Shown: positions 1-14,665, numbered from the stretch's first letter. The stretch is 64,000 nt of DNA from Octopus vulgaris (GCA_951406725.2 OX597827.1:6758001-6822000); one strand, 5' to 3'. The notes: a model not told the origin generated them from the letters alone. Numbers and translations are program-made.

Positions 1-54
1 CGAAGTAAAAGTAAAAAACAACAACAAAAACGTCAAGAAAGTAAACAATAAAAC

Positions 55-430
55 CAGCAGCAGCAGCATGAGCAGAGGTAGCAGCAGTAATAATAATAAT
101 AGCAGTAGCATCAACAACAACAGCAACAACACCACTACCACCACCACCACCAACTCCACCTTGATCACCACCATTATCACCATCACCACTGCCATTATCA
201 CCACCATTACTACCACCACCACCACTACCACCACCACCAACATCACTACCACTGCCACCACCACCACCACCAACACCACCACCACCACCACCACCACCTT
301 GATCACCATCATCACCACCATTACCACCACCACCACCACCAACATCACTACCACTGCCATCACTACTGCCACCACCACCACCACCACCACCACCACCACC
401 ACCTTGATCACCACCACCACCACTACCACC
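55..430. repeat. Compound trinucleotide microsatellite (CAG/AAT/AAC/ACC)
   Basis: Direct reading; explains the poly-Thr ORF 68..457. Confidence 0.95.
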
Positions 431-540
431 CTTCATTTTCCCTGCCCTGACAACTAACTTCGTATATCATTTCTCACCTCACCTACTTTCCTGACCTTTT
501 ACTAACCTCAGTCAACTTTCCTGATGACACAAGATCACCT

Positions 541-1080
541 ACACACACACACACACACACGCACGCACACACACACACACGCACACACACGTACTTGCGC
601 ATGCACACGTACTTGTACATGCACACACACACACACACACGTACTTGGGCGTGTACACACACACACACACAAACATTTGGAGATGCTCTTTCACACAAAG
701 ACCACCTAACTCATACTGGATGAAATAACAACAATTAATGTAAAACCCATGTAAAAGCACACACACACACACACACATTCACATGCTTGCACATAAATGC
801 ACGTACACACATGAAAACGTACATCCATCCATCCATCCATACATACATACATACAGGCATACATACATACATACATACATACATACATACATGCATACAT
901 ACATACATACATACATGCATGCATGCATACATACATACATACATACATACATACATGCATACATGCATGCATACATACATACATACGTTTGTACATACAT
1001 GCATATATACATACATACATCCATCTATACATACATACATACATACATACATACATGCATACATACATTCATACATACAT

Positions 1081-1114
<34 letters not shown>

Positions 1115-1132
1115 TCGCATGCATACATACAT

Positions 1133-1166
<34 letters not shown>

Positions 1167-1670
1167 TCGCACGCACGCACAGACGCACACATGCACGCAC
1201 ACACGCATGCATACATACATACATACATACATACATACACACAGACACATACATACATACATACATACATACACATACATACATACATACATACATACAT
1301 ACATACATACATACATACATACATACATACATACATACATACATACATACATACATACATACATACATACATACATACATACATACATACATGCATGCAT
1401 ACATACATACATACATACATACATACATACATACATACATACATACATACATACATACATACATACATACATACATACATACATACATACATACATACAT
1501 ACATACATACATACATACATACATACATACATACATACATACATGTATGCATGCATACATACATACATACATACATACATACATACATACATACATACAT
1601 ACATACATACATACATACATGTATGCATGCATACATACATACATACATACATACATACATACATACATAC
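541..1670. repeat. (CA)n then very long (TACA)n microsatellite
   Basis: Direct reading; source of HTYI/MYVC ORFs in all frames. Confidence 0.97.
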
Positions 1671-1672
1671 AA

Positions 1673-1886
1673 TAGGGTGCTGAAAAGTTCTTGGCTTTGA
1701 GTAAAAAGAAAATTACAGGAGGATCAGTTTATTATGGTATTATTCAACATATTCCCCTCTCAGAGTCACACTTATTGCAGTGGTCCTTCAGTTTTTCTAA
1801 GCCCTGTAAAAGAACCCAGAAGGTTGGGCCTCCAACCAGGCCTTTCGCGATACCCTTAAAACCAAGAACTTTTCAGCCCACCCTTA
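1673..1886 (-). mobile_element. Mariner-derived MITE / internally deleted mariner
   Basis: TIRs TAGGGTGCTGAAAAGTTCTTGG ... CCAAGAACTTTTCAGCCCACCCTTA with TA ends; minus strand retains mariner C-terminus LRGEYVE* (ttattcaacatattcccctctcag). Confidence 0.8.
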
Positions 1887-1904
1887 TACATAGATACATA
1901 CATA

Positions 1905-2107
1905 CTCTTTTAATTGTTTCAGTCATTTGACAGTGGCCAAGTTTTTAGTCGAATCGACCCCAGGACTTATTCTTTGTAAGCCTAGTTCTTATTCTATCGG
2001 TCTATTTTGCCAAACCGCTAAATTACGGGGATGTAAACACACCAGCATCAGTTGTCAAACGATGTTAGTGGGGACAAACACAAACGCACAAACATATACG
2101 CACACGT

Positions 2108-2164
<57 letters not shown>

Positions 2165-2285
2165 TATGATGGGCTTCTTTCAGTTTCTGTCTACCATATC
2201 CATTCACAAGGCTTTGGTCGGCCCGAGGCTATAGTAGAAGGCACTTGCTCAAGGTGCAATGCAGTGAGACTGAACCCAGAACCAT
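1905..2285 (-). mobile_element. tRNA-derived SINE family A (CORE-like), internal CA/TA microsatellite
   Basis: Matches the ~410 bp family seen about 20 times in the window. Confidence 0.85.
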
Positions 2286-2870
2286 ATACATACATACATA
2301 CATACATACACACATACATACATACATATGCATGTACCCTAACCCTACGTTTATCCCCTTGTGGGCAATAAAGAAATAAGAAACTGAAAGAAGCCCATTG
2401 TGTATATATGTGTGTGAGTGTGTGTATATTTGTGTCTATGTTTGTCTCCCGACCGCTGTTGCAGTTCAGCAAGAGAAACTGTTAAAATAAGTGCTAGGCT
2501 TAAAATGTGGGTCCTGGTGTCGATTTGTTTGACTAAAGTCCTTCAAGGCAGTGCCCCAGCATGGCCACAGTCAAATGACTGAAACAAATAAAAGATATAT
2601 ATGTGTGCTTGTTTGTTGTCATATGTATATGTATTTGAGCTCATGAGTGTGTGTGTGTCTGTGCCCTTATCTCGATACAGTGTGATAGTTGTAAATGAAT
2701 GTCTCAGTCACACAAATGATGGCACTGGTTTCCAGTCTTCTGTGAAGACATGTCAGGCCAGGGGAGAAATATTACCATCCTCGGAAACAGTTGAGGATTG
2801 CTGACAGAAAAATCATCTGGCTTGACTCATTCCAGCTAACCCATACAAGTATGGAACAATGAATGTTAAA

Positions 2871-2908
<38 letters not shown>

Positions 2909-3386
2909 CTATATTTATATTTATATTTACTTATATTTATATTCTCTTATACATATCGTACTTATTATATAACATTACTCTTTTATGCACAGTCCTTTAT
3001 GTACAGTTTTGTTCTACATTATTATGTTTGACCTTAAAGTTTCTTATGTGGTGGTTTAATAAAGTATGTGATTGGGTACTAATCTGGTAATTGATATTTG
3101 ATTTGGATGTATTTCTCCATTTTCTTATTTTGTATTATGAATTTGTGGTAAAACATTTTACCTTTGCCCATATAATACAGTAAATGAATTAATTGCATTG
3201 TAATTCTTAACATTTATGTATTAACTTTGTTGGGTACTTCACTAGCAGTATATTGGATATTTGTTATCCCATGGAGGGTTGCATTTACAACCCCTATCTC
3301 AATTTGTATATATATATATATATTTGATTTGCCTAATAGTGGTTTTATCTCTAATTTAATATAACATATATATATATATATATTTT

Positions 3387-3690
3387 GCGCCCTTTTCAAG
3401 CCTAGCCAGACTCATGGGCTCGGTTTCCTGGTTTCTGTGGTGTATGTGTTCCCCCCAGCTGGACGGGATGCCAGTCCATCGCAGCATTACTCAAGAAACA
3501 GGAAGAGAGAGTGAGAGGAAGTTGTGGTGAAAGAGTACAACAGGGGTCACCACCAACCCCTGCCAGAGCCTCGTGGAGCTTTTAGGTGTTTTTGCTCAAT
3601 AAACACATACAACACCCAGTCTGGGAATCAAAACCACATTCCTCCAACCGCGAGTCCGCTGCCCTAACCACTGGGCCATTGCGCCTCCAC
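3387..3690 (-). mobile_element. tRNA-derived SINE family D
   Basis: Minus strand head GGCGCAATGGCCCAGTGGTTAGGGCAGCGGACTCGCGG...GGTTTTGATTCCC (A/B boxes); central CTGCGATGGACTGGCATCCCGTCCAG; related copy at 54236-55545. Confidence 0.8.
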
Positions 3691-3748
3691 ATATTTATAA
3701 ATACATAACTATATATAACAACAGATACTTAAGTACTCACAAAACATG

Positions 3749-3787
<39 letters not shown>

Positions 3788-4226
3788 GCACATGCATGCA
3801 CACGCACACATACACACACACATACATATATATATCTGCATGTATGAATGTGTGATATATGCATGTTGGTAGGTAGGTATGTATAAATATATATGTGCTG
3901 CAGAGAGCATTTATTTTTACAAGGGCAAAACGCTGATAGAGACTTGTGAAAAACACATTACTCTACTTCAAATATTTGTTCAAATTTGGTCATACTTATG
4001 TATATTTATACACATTGCATCAATACAAACATACATATGTGTGTGTGTGTGTGACCACGTGCATACACACATGCATAAATATGGATGCATATATCTATCT
4101 GTCTTTTTTCTATCTCTTTCTCTCTCTATTTATGGGTGTGTGCATGCATCTACCTATGTATGTATGTGTGTGTGCATGTATCAAATCAGCTATATATGTA
4201 CATATATAAATAGAGAGGCTGGTAGG

Positions 4227-4346
<120 letters not shown>

Positions 4347-4364
4347 ATATGTATATATATATAA

Positions 4365-4401
<37 letters not shown>

Positions 4402-4943
4402 ACACGCATATCATACACACACACACACACACATCACACACAACTCATTATTCCTATAGACATGTTATGTAAACAAATTCATTCAGAGACTCTTACATTT
4501 GTTCAAGAGCTGCATGTGTGTACATGAAAGCATAAACTCGTGTGTGCACCTGTTGCTATAAAATGATGAATCCTTTCTTTTTTTTATGCAATAAAATACC
4601 TGAAGAACATGTTGCAAAAACAAAAAAATTATTCTGCAATAAAAAGAAAGAAAAAAACAAAAACAAGACTGGCAATGAAGAATTTGAAACGTGGTTTATT
4701 CCATAATTTAGAACAGAAATATTTCAGAAAAATATATTTAAGTGTTTGTATTTGAGGTACCGAATGTATTTAATAGCATTGCTTTTCATATAACCGAAAG
4801 AAATTCCACGTTTTAACTAACATAGCACAGACATACTCAGAAAACATTTCGCATATTATGCTATTCTTAATAAACTTAAAGACAACATACATGGACACAT
4901 AATTATATTAAGTGTATACAAATATAATTATTGAATACGAGCA

Positions 4944-5179
4944 TACAGTAACCCCTCGACTATCGTGGGTGTTACGTTCTAAAACACCCCATGATAGGTG
5001 AAAATCCGCAAAGTAGAAACAATACTGTATAGTCTTTTTTTCATTATCTTTATAATTGGTATATATTTTTTTTTCTATTATAAATGCAAAACAACACCAC
5101 GGAGCAATCAGTTTAAGCTTAAATAATAAACTGCAATAGGTGAACCATGATAGGTGAACTGCAATATAGCGAGGGATTA

Positions 5180-5218
<39 letters not shown>

Positions 5219-5311
5219 TATATATATATATATATATATATACAGTAAATATATAAATTGCAATGATAATCTGGAACCACAATAAGTGAACTGCAATATA
5301 GCAAGGGATTA

Positions 5312-5316
<5 letters not shown>
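4944..5316. mobile_element. Tigger/pogo-like MITE with duplicated right end
   Basis: TA|CAGTAACCCCTCG... left TIR; right TIR ...CGAGGGATTACTG|TA at 5182 and a second right end at 5314. Confidence 0.75.
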
Positions 5317-5344
<28 letters not shown>

Positions 5345-5345
<1 letters not shown>

Positions 5346-5523
5346 TGGAGTAAACACATAAATGTGAAACAAGGTGGAAAAAAGAGTACTCAAATTCCAG
5401 TGGTAGAGTAATATGCTTTATTTAAAAGCAGCAGAAAATTCAACAAAACCTGTTACTCTGAGTTTCACGTCCCCATTCGTCGGAAGTTTTTGCTAGAATA
5501 AAACCGATATGCTTTTAAATAAA

Positions 5524-5524
<1 letters not shown>
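5345..5524 (-). mobile_element. Penelope-like pLTR fragment with decayed hammerhead (same family as 59840-60077)
   Basis: Near-identical to 59840-59990; minus strand CCGACGA-ATGGGGACGT-GAAA-CTCAGAG-TA-ACAG; embedded in (TA)n. Confidence 0.7.
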
Positions 5525-5585
<61 letters not shown>

Positions 5586-5788
5586 GCTTAGTAAAATAAA
5601 TTACTTTGCCACATACTGAACTCATTAGAAATAGCAGCTAAAGAAATTTCTTCAGCTATTTCTAATACTTAAAGAAGATCTCTCTCAGATAGTGCTTGCC
5701 TAAACCAACTCACAAAAGTATGGGGGAAAAAACATTAAAAAATCATATATATACAGTAAATATAAAAATTGCAAAAATAATCTGGAAC

Positions 5789-5823
5789 TCGACTGAGGAT
5801 AGGAAACTCCGAATGATCCGTCC
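5789..5823 (+). ncRNA. Decayed hammerhead-like motif
   Basis: CTGAGGA-ta-GGA aac TCC-GAAT-GATC-CGTC; GAAA mutated. Confidence 0.4.
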
Positions 5824-5966
5824 TTGTTTTCCTTGTATCGTCTGTCTGGATATTTTGTTTTCCCTTTTTTTGTTTCACCTAACTATCTGGATGTGTTGTG
5901 TTCTTTTCCTATTTTTGTATTATATATGTATATATATATATATATGTACATATATGTATGTATATA

Positions 5967-6001
<35 letters not shown>

Positions 6002-6130
6002 TATATGTGTGTGTGTATATATATATATATATTTATATATGTATATTATTTATATGTGTGTATATATATATATATGTAATGGAAAATTGCTATGAAATAT
6101 TCTGTAGAATATATTGTATAAAAGCTTGTG

Positions 6131-6466
6131 GGTAAGGCCAAAACAATACGAAGTAAATGCAAAATAAATCACAAGAAAACAAATATGTGAATTAATGTAG
6201 ACTTACTTTGTATTCAATATTTTGGGGTCATGACCTCATTTTCAAGAAATTGACCAATGTTGCCGATGTGCATGTGTGTGAAATTGACAAACATTGCCAA
6301 TATGCGTGTGTGTGAGATCACACACGAACATCAGCAACATTCATCAATTTCTTGAAAATGGGGTCATAACCCCGAAATATTGAATACAAGGTAAGTCTAC
6401 ATTAATTCAAATATTTGTTTTCTTGTGGTTTACCTTCTTTTTACTTCACATTGTTTTGGCCTTACC
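6131..6466. mobile_element. Foldback element (~140 bp imperfect inverted arms) with hammerhead-like motif in each arm
   Basis: GGTAAGGCCAAAACAAT...ATTGTTTTGGCCTTACC termini; right arm CTTGAAAAT-GGGG tcataa CCCC-GAAA-TATT at 6351-6381. Confidence 0.7.
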
Positions 6467-6477
6467 AATGATCTTTA

Positions 6478-6524
<47 letters not shown>

Positions 6525-7056
6525 TCATATTTTAATCATCATCTTTTAATGGATGCTTTCCATGCTGGCATGGATATATATATGTATATATATATGTACG
6601 CATGCATGCATATATATATATATGCATGTATGTGTGTATTTGTGTATGTATACATATGTTACATATATGTGTGTAGATATATATTATATCTATATATATC
6701 CACATACACAAAATTATTTTATATCTGTGTATATATACATATATAGATATGTGAAGGTATATACACACACACACACACATACACACACACACACACATAT
6801 AGATGTATAGATGTATAGATATGTAAGTTCCAACAGCTATATGTTCAAATATACTTACAAGCAATATTATTTAGCTTATTTGGTTCATCAAATTAAGTAG
6901 AACAGGTGCATTTAAAAAAAAAGCAAAAAACATTGAACATGAAAGATAATGTAGCTTTGAAACCATTGTCTTTAAAAGTAACATAACTGCAGAAAGTATT
7001 CTACCTATGCTACCCTGTATCAATTGGTGCTTGTACCCTGGCTGCTTCAGATAGTG

Positions 7057-7118
7057 GAGGACAATTGCTGTGCTGATGAGGCCTGTTGTGGCAGGAACGT
7101 GTAACCACAGCTGTCCTC
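7057..7118 (+). ncRNA. Type I hammerhead ribozyme with extended stem I (decayed GAAA)
   Basis: GAGGACA-att-GCTGTG CTGATGA g GCC tgttgt GGC a GGAA CGTG TA ac CACAGC TGTCCTC: 13 bp stem I with 3 nt bulge. Confidence 0.65.
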
Positions 7119-7334
7119 TTACTTCCAAAAAACAAGCCAGCCCCCTTTCCTTTATAGCCTATCAACATTGGAGAATATTTTATTTTTTTAGATCATTTCC
7201 CCTTCTCATGTGGAGCTGTTCTCAGTTGCCAATTGCAATTGTTACCTCATCCTCTAAAGGTGGAGATAATTTCAATAAATCAAGAATTTATGGTGGGAGG
7301 CCTTTGATACCTCTGTATCTACCTGTCTAACTAT

Positions 7335-8085
<751 letters not shown>

Positions 8086-8412
8086 TCTGATGGTTATATG
8101 TATATCCAACATATCCAACTACTAATCTTCTTTGTTTTTCTCTGCAGCTCTTTCACTCAATTTCCCATCTCTAAACCACTCTTCTGCTCCCACTAACAGT
8201 GATGCTGATATCAAATTGCTTAGTGACATCATAACGAAAAGAAGATGAGTACAGATTTATTCAGATTGACAGAAATGTCCAGTCAGTTTACTTTCCATAT
8301 GATATGAGAAACATATACAAGACCGCAATATAATGCTTGTATTGAGAACTATTGCATTCTTTCATGTGGTTTATACCACAAATTTAATAAAACTGACATA
8401 CATTATATATAC

Positions 8413-8474
<62 letters not shown>

Positions 8475-8487
8475 ATATATATATATA

Positions 8488-8546
<59 letters not shown>

Positions 8547-8620
8547 TATATGTAAAAAATGTAATATATAAATAAATATCTGTAAATATGAATCATCCGA
8601 TCTTCTGATTACCTCATTTC

Positions 8621-8713
<93 letters not shown>

Positions 8714-10197
8714 CACACACAGACACACACACAGACACACACACATATGAACACATTAAATGATGATAAGTCAACAATATATTTCCCACTTTCGTAAAGA
8801 AGCCCCAATGAAGAGACTTCTAAGTTGTGGCATAAGCAAATTATTTCTGTTTACTCTTAGAAATTGTGTATGCAAACAGAGTGAGAGAGAGAGGAGATGT
8901 GGTCTTACCAAAGGCAATCAATCTAAGAGAGTAGCAACTCTGAACAAAAACTGAAATATTGCAGAAGGGGACACTTCAATACTCTCAAACAATGTCTCAC
9001 ATTCTATTGGCACAGCATAAGGCATAGAGCCCTTACAGTAAACATGGTTTGTGATAGGAATGACATCTAACTGTTTAAAAATATAATGCTAAAAACATGA
9101 GACCAAGAACCCCTAATTCAGAAAATACCAACATGAAGCAGTGGTGAACAAGCTCACTGGCTATTCACGCTGCCAGCACTTGTTTTGATCCTGTTTTTTT
9201 CTGTATATGACTGACAGGGAGATGAGATGCTGCTATCTCTAGTGGTCAAGCATCCATCATTGACAAGACCAAAGGAGGTTGAAATCACATGATCTGGTGG
9301 TCTCAGCACTGGAAATGGTGGGGATTTATCTCTCCACTAGTAATATAGACAAGCATACATTTTGCACCAAAAGCCAATATAAGAGTTTCTCTCATGGTAT
9401 CTACCACAGTGTAGTTTGTTCTAACAGAACATCCACATTTAGCTCGGGATAAATATTACCTCTCAATTTCAATTTCTGCTTGAATTGATTTCATATTCAA
9501 TGTAATGATGCACTTTAATATGCTAATCAATGTCATGAAAATCATTTTTACAATAAATCAATAAATAAAGAGTTCTTAGCGATTAAAGTTTGAAAATTTT
9601 GGGTAATTTTAGCCAGTCGTGAGACACAAATTCATTCATGCCTGTTTCCATAGTAACAAGCTGAACATGACAAATATATTGAAACCACTTGTTGATACTG
9701 TGTTCTACTGTTTTACCCACCAAAATCTATATCGAATGCTTAAACGTTTGTTTTTTTTTAAATATTTAATTTGTAATGTGCTGTTTATTGCATTAAATGC
9801 ATATTGAATGCTTAAAACTACAAAAGTCATGTTGTTTACTCCTTTTTTACGTGTAGAATACAAACATTGACAACATGTGCTATTTTCAGGATGTTGACAA
9901 AATGGGCTTCCAAATCCTGTTTCCCGACTGGGTGAAAATCATCCCAATTTAAACCTCTATAATATTTTTAAAAATTTTTCTGAGAAAAGTGAAATAACTC
10001 CAGCAATTCAGCTTGGAAAACTACATTAATGTACCAAATTTTAAAATTTTCGATAAACTTTAATTTTTGAAACCTTGGCAGCCAAACAGAAAGAATCCCA
10101 TAAATATATGCACCTCTGATGAAAAATTAATAATGAGAAGATAACAGTTTACCATAAAAGAAAACACGCTATAAATTCTGGATTAATTCATGGATAT

Positions 10198-10464
10198 TTC
10201 AACCTTTTGTGTCAATATTTCTAATGAAATACACCAGCAATATGTTTTATAATTAACTTTGAAAATAATCAAGGATTTGGAAGGATTCGGGGAAATAATT
10301 TCGTTATTATAAAGCTGATGCTTTGAACATAAACTTAATAAGGAATTCCTTACATAAAATTAAGATGGAAAGTTTTCATTTTTAAATGTGAATGCTTCAA
10401 AACAGGAAGCTCTATATCATAAAATCAGGGGTGATATCAGGCAGATTAATATCAAAAGGATTAA
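10198..10464. mobile_element. Old diverged relative of the piggyBac-type MITE
   Basis: Colinear weak similarity to 21410-21630; ends aaaaggattaa. Confidence 0.4.
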
Positions 10465-11194
10465 TGATGTATTTGGATACAGTTCTTTGACTACTTGTAT
10501 TCAAGTCCTTTAATAAGGAAGTGACTGACAGTCTGTTTCCTGTCTTATAGTTTAATTTCTTAAACTTATGAAATTTTTAGATTGTTACTTGATTTACATA
10601 AAACTGCAGCCAAATTTCAACCAAATCACATCCTACTATCTTAGAATAATTTCCCTTTCATAATACATCTGTTCAGCTAAAATTGGTCTAGAATTTAACT
10701 GTCACAAAAACTTAGAGCCTTATTTTTTTTCTACTGAATCTCATTTTAAATTTTTATCGCTAACACTATTTTAAAATTCATGAAATATAAACTGCTCTAA
10801 AAAAAATCCTTGTTAGATTCTTTTGAAAATGAATCTATCTTCCTCGTCCTTCAGATCATCATCATCATTTTCATCATTGTTATTGGCATCGTTTTGATGT
10901 CCACTTTTCCATGTTGGCATGGGTTAGACAGAATTTGCTGAGACAGATTTTCTGCAGTAGGATACCCTTCATGCCACCAACCCTCACCTCTTTCCAAGTA
11001 ATATAATACTTCCCCATGACCAGGCATGTTTTCACAGGATATTGGAAATGAAGGACACTACTTCCATTGTGGTGAGACTGGTTTGCTAGAATCACACACA
11101 CACATACATGCACACATCCATCCATACATACACACACGTTTATGTGTCTGTGTTTGTGTGTATGTATGTGGGTATATATATATATATATATATA

Positions 11195-11556
11195 TCATCA
11201 TCATCATTATTATCATCGTTTAACGTCCGTTCTCCATGCTAGCATGGGTTGGACGGTTCGACTGGGATCTGGGAAGCCAGAAGGCTGCACCAGGCTCCAG
11301 CCTGATCTGGCAGTGTTTCTACAGCTGGATGCCCTTCCTAACGCCAACCACTCCGTGAGTGTAGTGGGTGCTTTTTACGTGCCACCGGCACAGGTGCCAG
11401 GCGAGGCTGGCAACGGCCACATTCGGATTGGTGCATTTTACGTGCCACCGGCACGGAAGCCAGTCGAGGCGGCACTGGCATCGGCCACGATTCGGATGGT
11501 GCTTTTTACGTGCCACCAGCACAGAAGCCAGTCGAGGCAGTGCTGGCATCGGCCTG
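11195..11556 (-). mobile_element. Repeat family C (RTE-LINE 3' tail / RTE-dependent SINE) with three tandem ~65 bp units
   Basis: Minus strand ...GTTAGGAAGGGCATCCAGCTGTAGAAAC...CCATGCTAGCATGGA..GGACGTTAAAC(GAT)n; unit GGTGCTTTTTACGTGCCACC repeated three times. Confidence 0.85.
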
Positions 11557-11975
11557 ATATATATATATATCATGTATGTGTCTTTAGATATATATATATA
11601 TATATTATGTGTGTATGTGTATATCTGTAGATGGATAGGTAGACACATATATACGTATATACACACACATGCACATGTATACATACATAATATATGCATA
11701 TGTGTGTCACCGCCACAGAAGCCAGTCTGTGTACTTGGGTTATGACAACCTACCCAAACTATGCCACTGTGGAATGTAGACAGCCGATGATAATGATGCA
11801 TGCGTATATTATATAATATACATGCACACATGAAACCTCCTCATATATATATATATATATAACTAAAGAATTACACAGTCATCTGTGTGCATGTCTAAAG
11901 AGGAAATAGCTAAATGAAATGACACCGTTCCCCACTCAGTTATACAATACACTGTTTGTATTGTTCAATTTTCCT

Positions 11976-12009
<34 letters not shown>

Positions 12010-12031
12010 CATGTATATATATTTATATATG

Positions 12032-12782
12032 TACAGGGTGTAATGGGTAAACTGTCACCATTTTATATCCTTAGTTTCACACGTGCACATTGTTTGTTTT
12101 GATTTTGTTGACTGCACCATATTGTAGAGTCAGTTGGGCACTGTCTGTGAGAAAAACAGCACCATGACGTGATTCACGGAAACAACATGTTGTACTGGTT
12201 GGCACTCATGCTGGAAGCTCCAATACGAACAGATGGTGAACACACAGCACAACCATTGGCTTGCTGTGTCCCTAAAACATGTACCAAGAGTGAAAAAATC
12301 AAACAACCTGTCAACATCATGGCGTTTGGAGTGATCACTAGTGATAGCAACGTTATGCTTCCATTCCTCTTACCACATGGCCTCACACTCAACACAGAGA
12401 CTTACATCAAGAGCCTGGAGGAGGTAGTGCTACCCTGGGTCAAGTGGGTAGCTGCTGGAAGACCTTGCACCACATAAGCAGGAGAACCTAGTCATGGCTG
12501 TCAGACAATTTCTGCAACCACATCACCCCTAACATCTGGCCACCTAACTCCCCAGACTTGCAACCCCCTTGATTATTATGTGTGGGGCACAGTTGAGTGA
12601 GAGACCAACAAACTCCTTGTAACACCAAAGATGGACTGAAAGCAAGGATTAAGGCAGCATTCACCAACTTCAACAAGGAGACCATCCAGAAGAGTTGCAG
12701 AAGATTCTGAAGTCGTCTGGAGGCCATGGTTGAAGCCAATGACGATTTTATTGAATAAATTTACTCTTTAGTATTTCAAGAT
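12032..12782 (+). pseudogene. Decayed Tc1/mariner-superfamily transposon with transposase C-terminal fragment
   Basis: TA|CAGGGTGT left end; QPVNIMAFGVITSD...YIKSLEEVVLPWVK then frameshifted WLSDNF..ITPNIWPPNSPDL.P.DYYVWG...RLEAMVEANDDFIE*; stops and deletions. Confidence 0.88.
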
Positions 12783-12994
12783 GTGGCTGTGTGGTAAGTA
12801 GCTTGCTTGCCAACCACAGGGTCTTCACTGCACCCTGTATATAGACAACTGGCTTTTTCAGTTTCCTTTTCCCAAATTCATGCACATGGTTTTAGCCAGC
12901 CCATGACCATAGCAGAGGGCAGTTGCTCAAGATGCTATGGAAAGGGATTGAACTCAGAACCACACAGCCATGCCTGCACCTATATATATATATA

Positions 12995-13320
12995 TATTCT
13001 TTTATTTGTTTCGGTCATTTGACTGTGGCCATGCAGGAGCACTGCCTTTAGTCAAACAAATTGACCCCAGGACTTATTCTTTGTAAGCCTAGAACTTATT
13101 CTATTGGTTTATTTTGCTGAACTGCTAAGTTATGGGGACATAAACACACCAAGTCGATTATATCGATCCCAGTATGTAACTGGTACTTATTTAATCGACC
13201 CTGAAAAGATAAAAAGCAAAGTCGACTTTGGTGGAATTTGAACTCAGAACGTAGTGGCAAACGAAATACCACTAAGCATTTCGCCTGGTGTGCAAACGTT
13301 TCAGCCAGCTTGCCACCTTT
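12995..13320 (-). mobile_element. SINE A 3' part joined to SINE B body
   Basis: Family A tail 12995-13150 abuts family B 13150-13320. Confidence 0.75.
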
Positions 13321-13693
13321 GAGGAAGTTTCTCTGCTACTTCTAGCTAAATGAATGACCACATAGCAGCTACTTCATGTGAATTATTGGATTTTTCATGA
13401 CAATTTGTCGCAGGTCATATGACCACAAAGAGTTTACTTTTTTTCATTGGTTCAAAAGAATACCTTCTTCGTTAACATTTAGAAGGTGATAACGGCTAAT
13501 TTCTTTTAGTGAGATCCTTCGAGCTTAAATATGAGAGACAGAGACAGAGAGAGAGTGGGGGAGAGAGGGAAGGTGACAGAGAGAGACATTATACTAATTA
13601 CATCAATTAACGATGAATAAATAATGATAATGATTTCTTTTGAATAATAAATATAACAATAACAACAACAACAATAATGATAAAAACAATAAA

Positions 13694-13724
<31 letters not shown>

Positions 13725-13904
13725 GTTACAATGATGATGATGGCAATGATAAAGGGGTGTTAGATGAAGAGGACATTATAAAAATCAGGTAACATAAAGT
13801 ATTAGGGTTTCTATAAAATGGAACGAAGCGGTGGAAGTAGAAGAAAAATAAAATCATCATTATCATCATAAAAACAGAAGCGGTGGAGGGATTGGTGGTG
13901 GGAA

Positions 13905-13943
13905 ACATTGGTAGCGGTGGTGGTGGGAGCAGCAGCAGCAGTG

Positions 13944-14013
<70 letters not shown>

Positions 14014-14139
14014 CAGCAGCAGCAGTAACAGTAGTAGTAGTAACTTTAGTAGTAGTAGTAGCAGTAGTAGTGGTGGTGGTGGTGGTGGTGGTGGTGGTGG
14101 TAGTAGTAGCAGCTGTAGTAACAGTAGTCGTAGTAACTT

Positions 14140-14196
<57 letters not shown>

Positions 14197-14280
14197 TAGT
14201 AGTAGTAGTAGTAGAAGTAGTAGTAATAGTGGTGGTGGCGGCAGCGGCGGCGGCGGCGGCGGTGGTAGTAGTAGTAGTAA
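13905..14280. repeat. Compound (AGT/GGT/GGC/AGC)n microsatellite
   Basis: Direct reading; explains poly-S/L/T/V ORFs. Confidence 0.95.
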
Positions 14281-14665
14281 AGATGCTGGTACAGAATGTG
14301 TAACAACAAAAACAAAAAAATCTATATAAACATACAAATAAGGGAACACAAATGAGTCGAAGTAATAAAAATAGAAGCAAAACACGTTTTTTGAAAAAAT
14401 TCCTGTCACAGAAATAATTAAATTATGGAGAGAAGCTTTGAGCTCTTTTACAGTAATTCCCTTTTTTCTATTCTTTAGAAAAATGCTGCAAATGTTCCGT
14501 TTTATTTTATTATATTTAAAAAATTTTTTTTTCGTGGGTTGGAGAGACAGAAGTTTGTGTGTGTATGTGTGTAACCGTATGTGTATTTGTATGCCTATGT
14601 GAGCGTATGCATCCTTTTGTGCTTGTATGCATATGTACACACACACATGCACACTCAGAAATATA

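Noticed and set aside
68-1700. Long ORFs (poly-Thr, HTYI/MYVC, up to 309 aa)
   Set aside because: Stop-free translations of microsatellites, open in several frames on both strands
7120-7310. Possible RTE RT relic on minus strand (PPLEDEV.., YKGKG)
   Set aside because: Only two short motifs with stops; insufficient support
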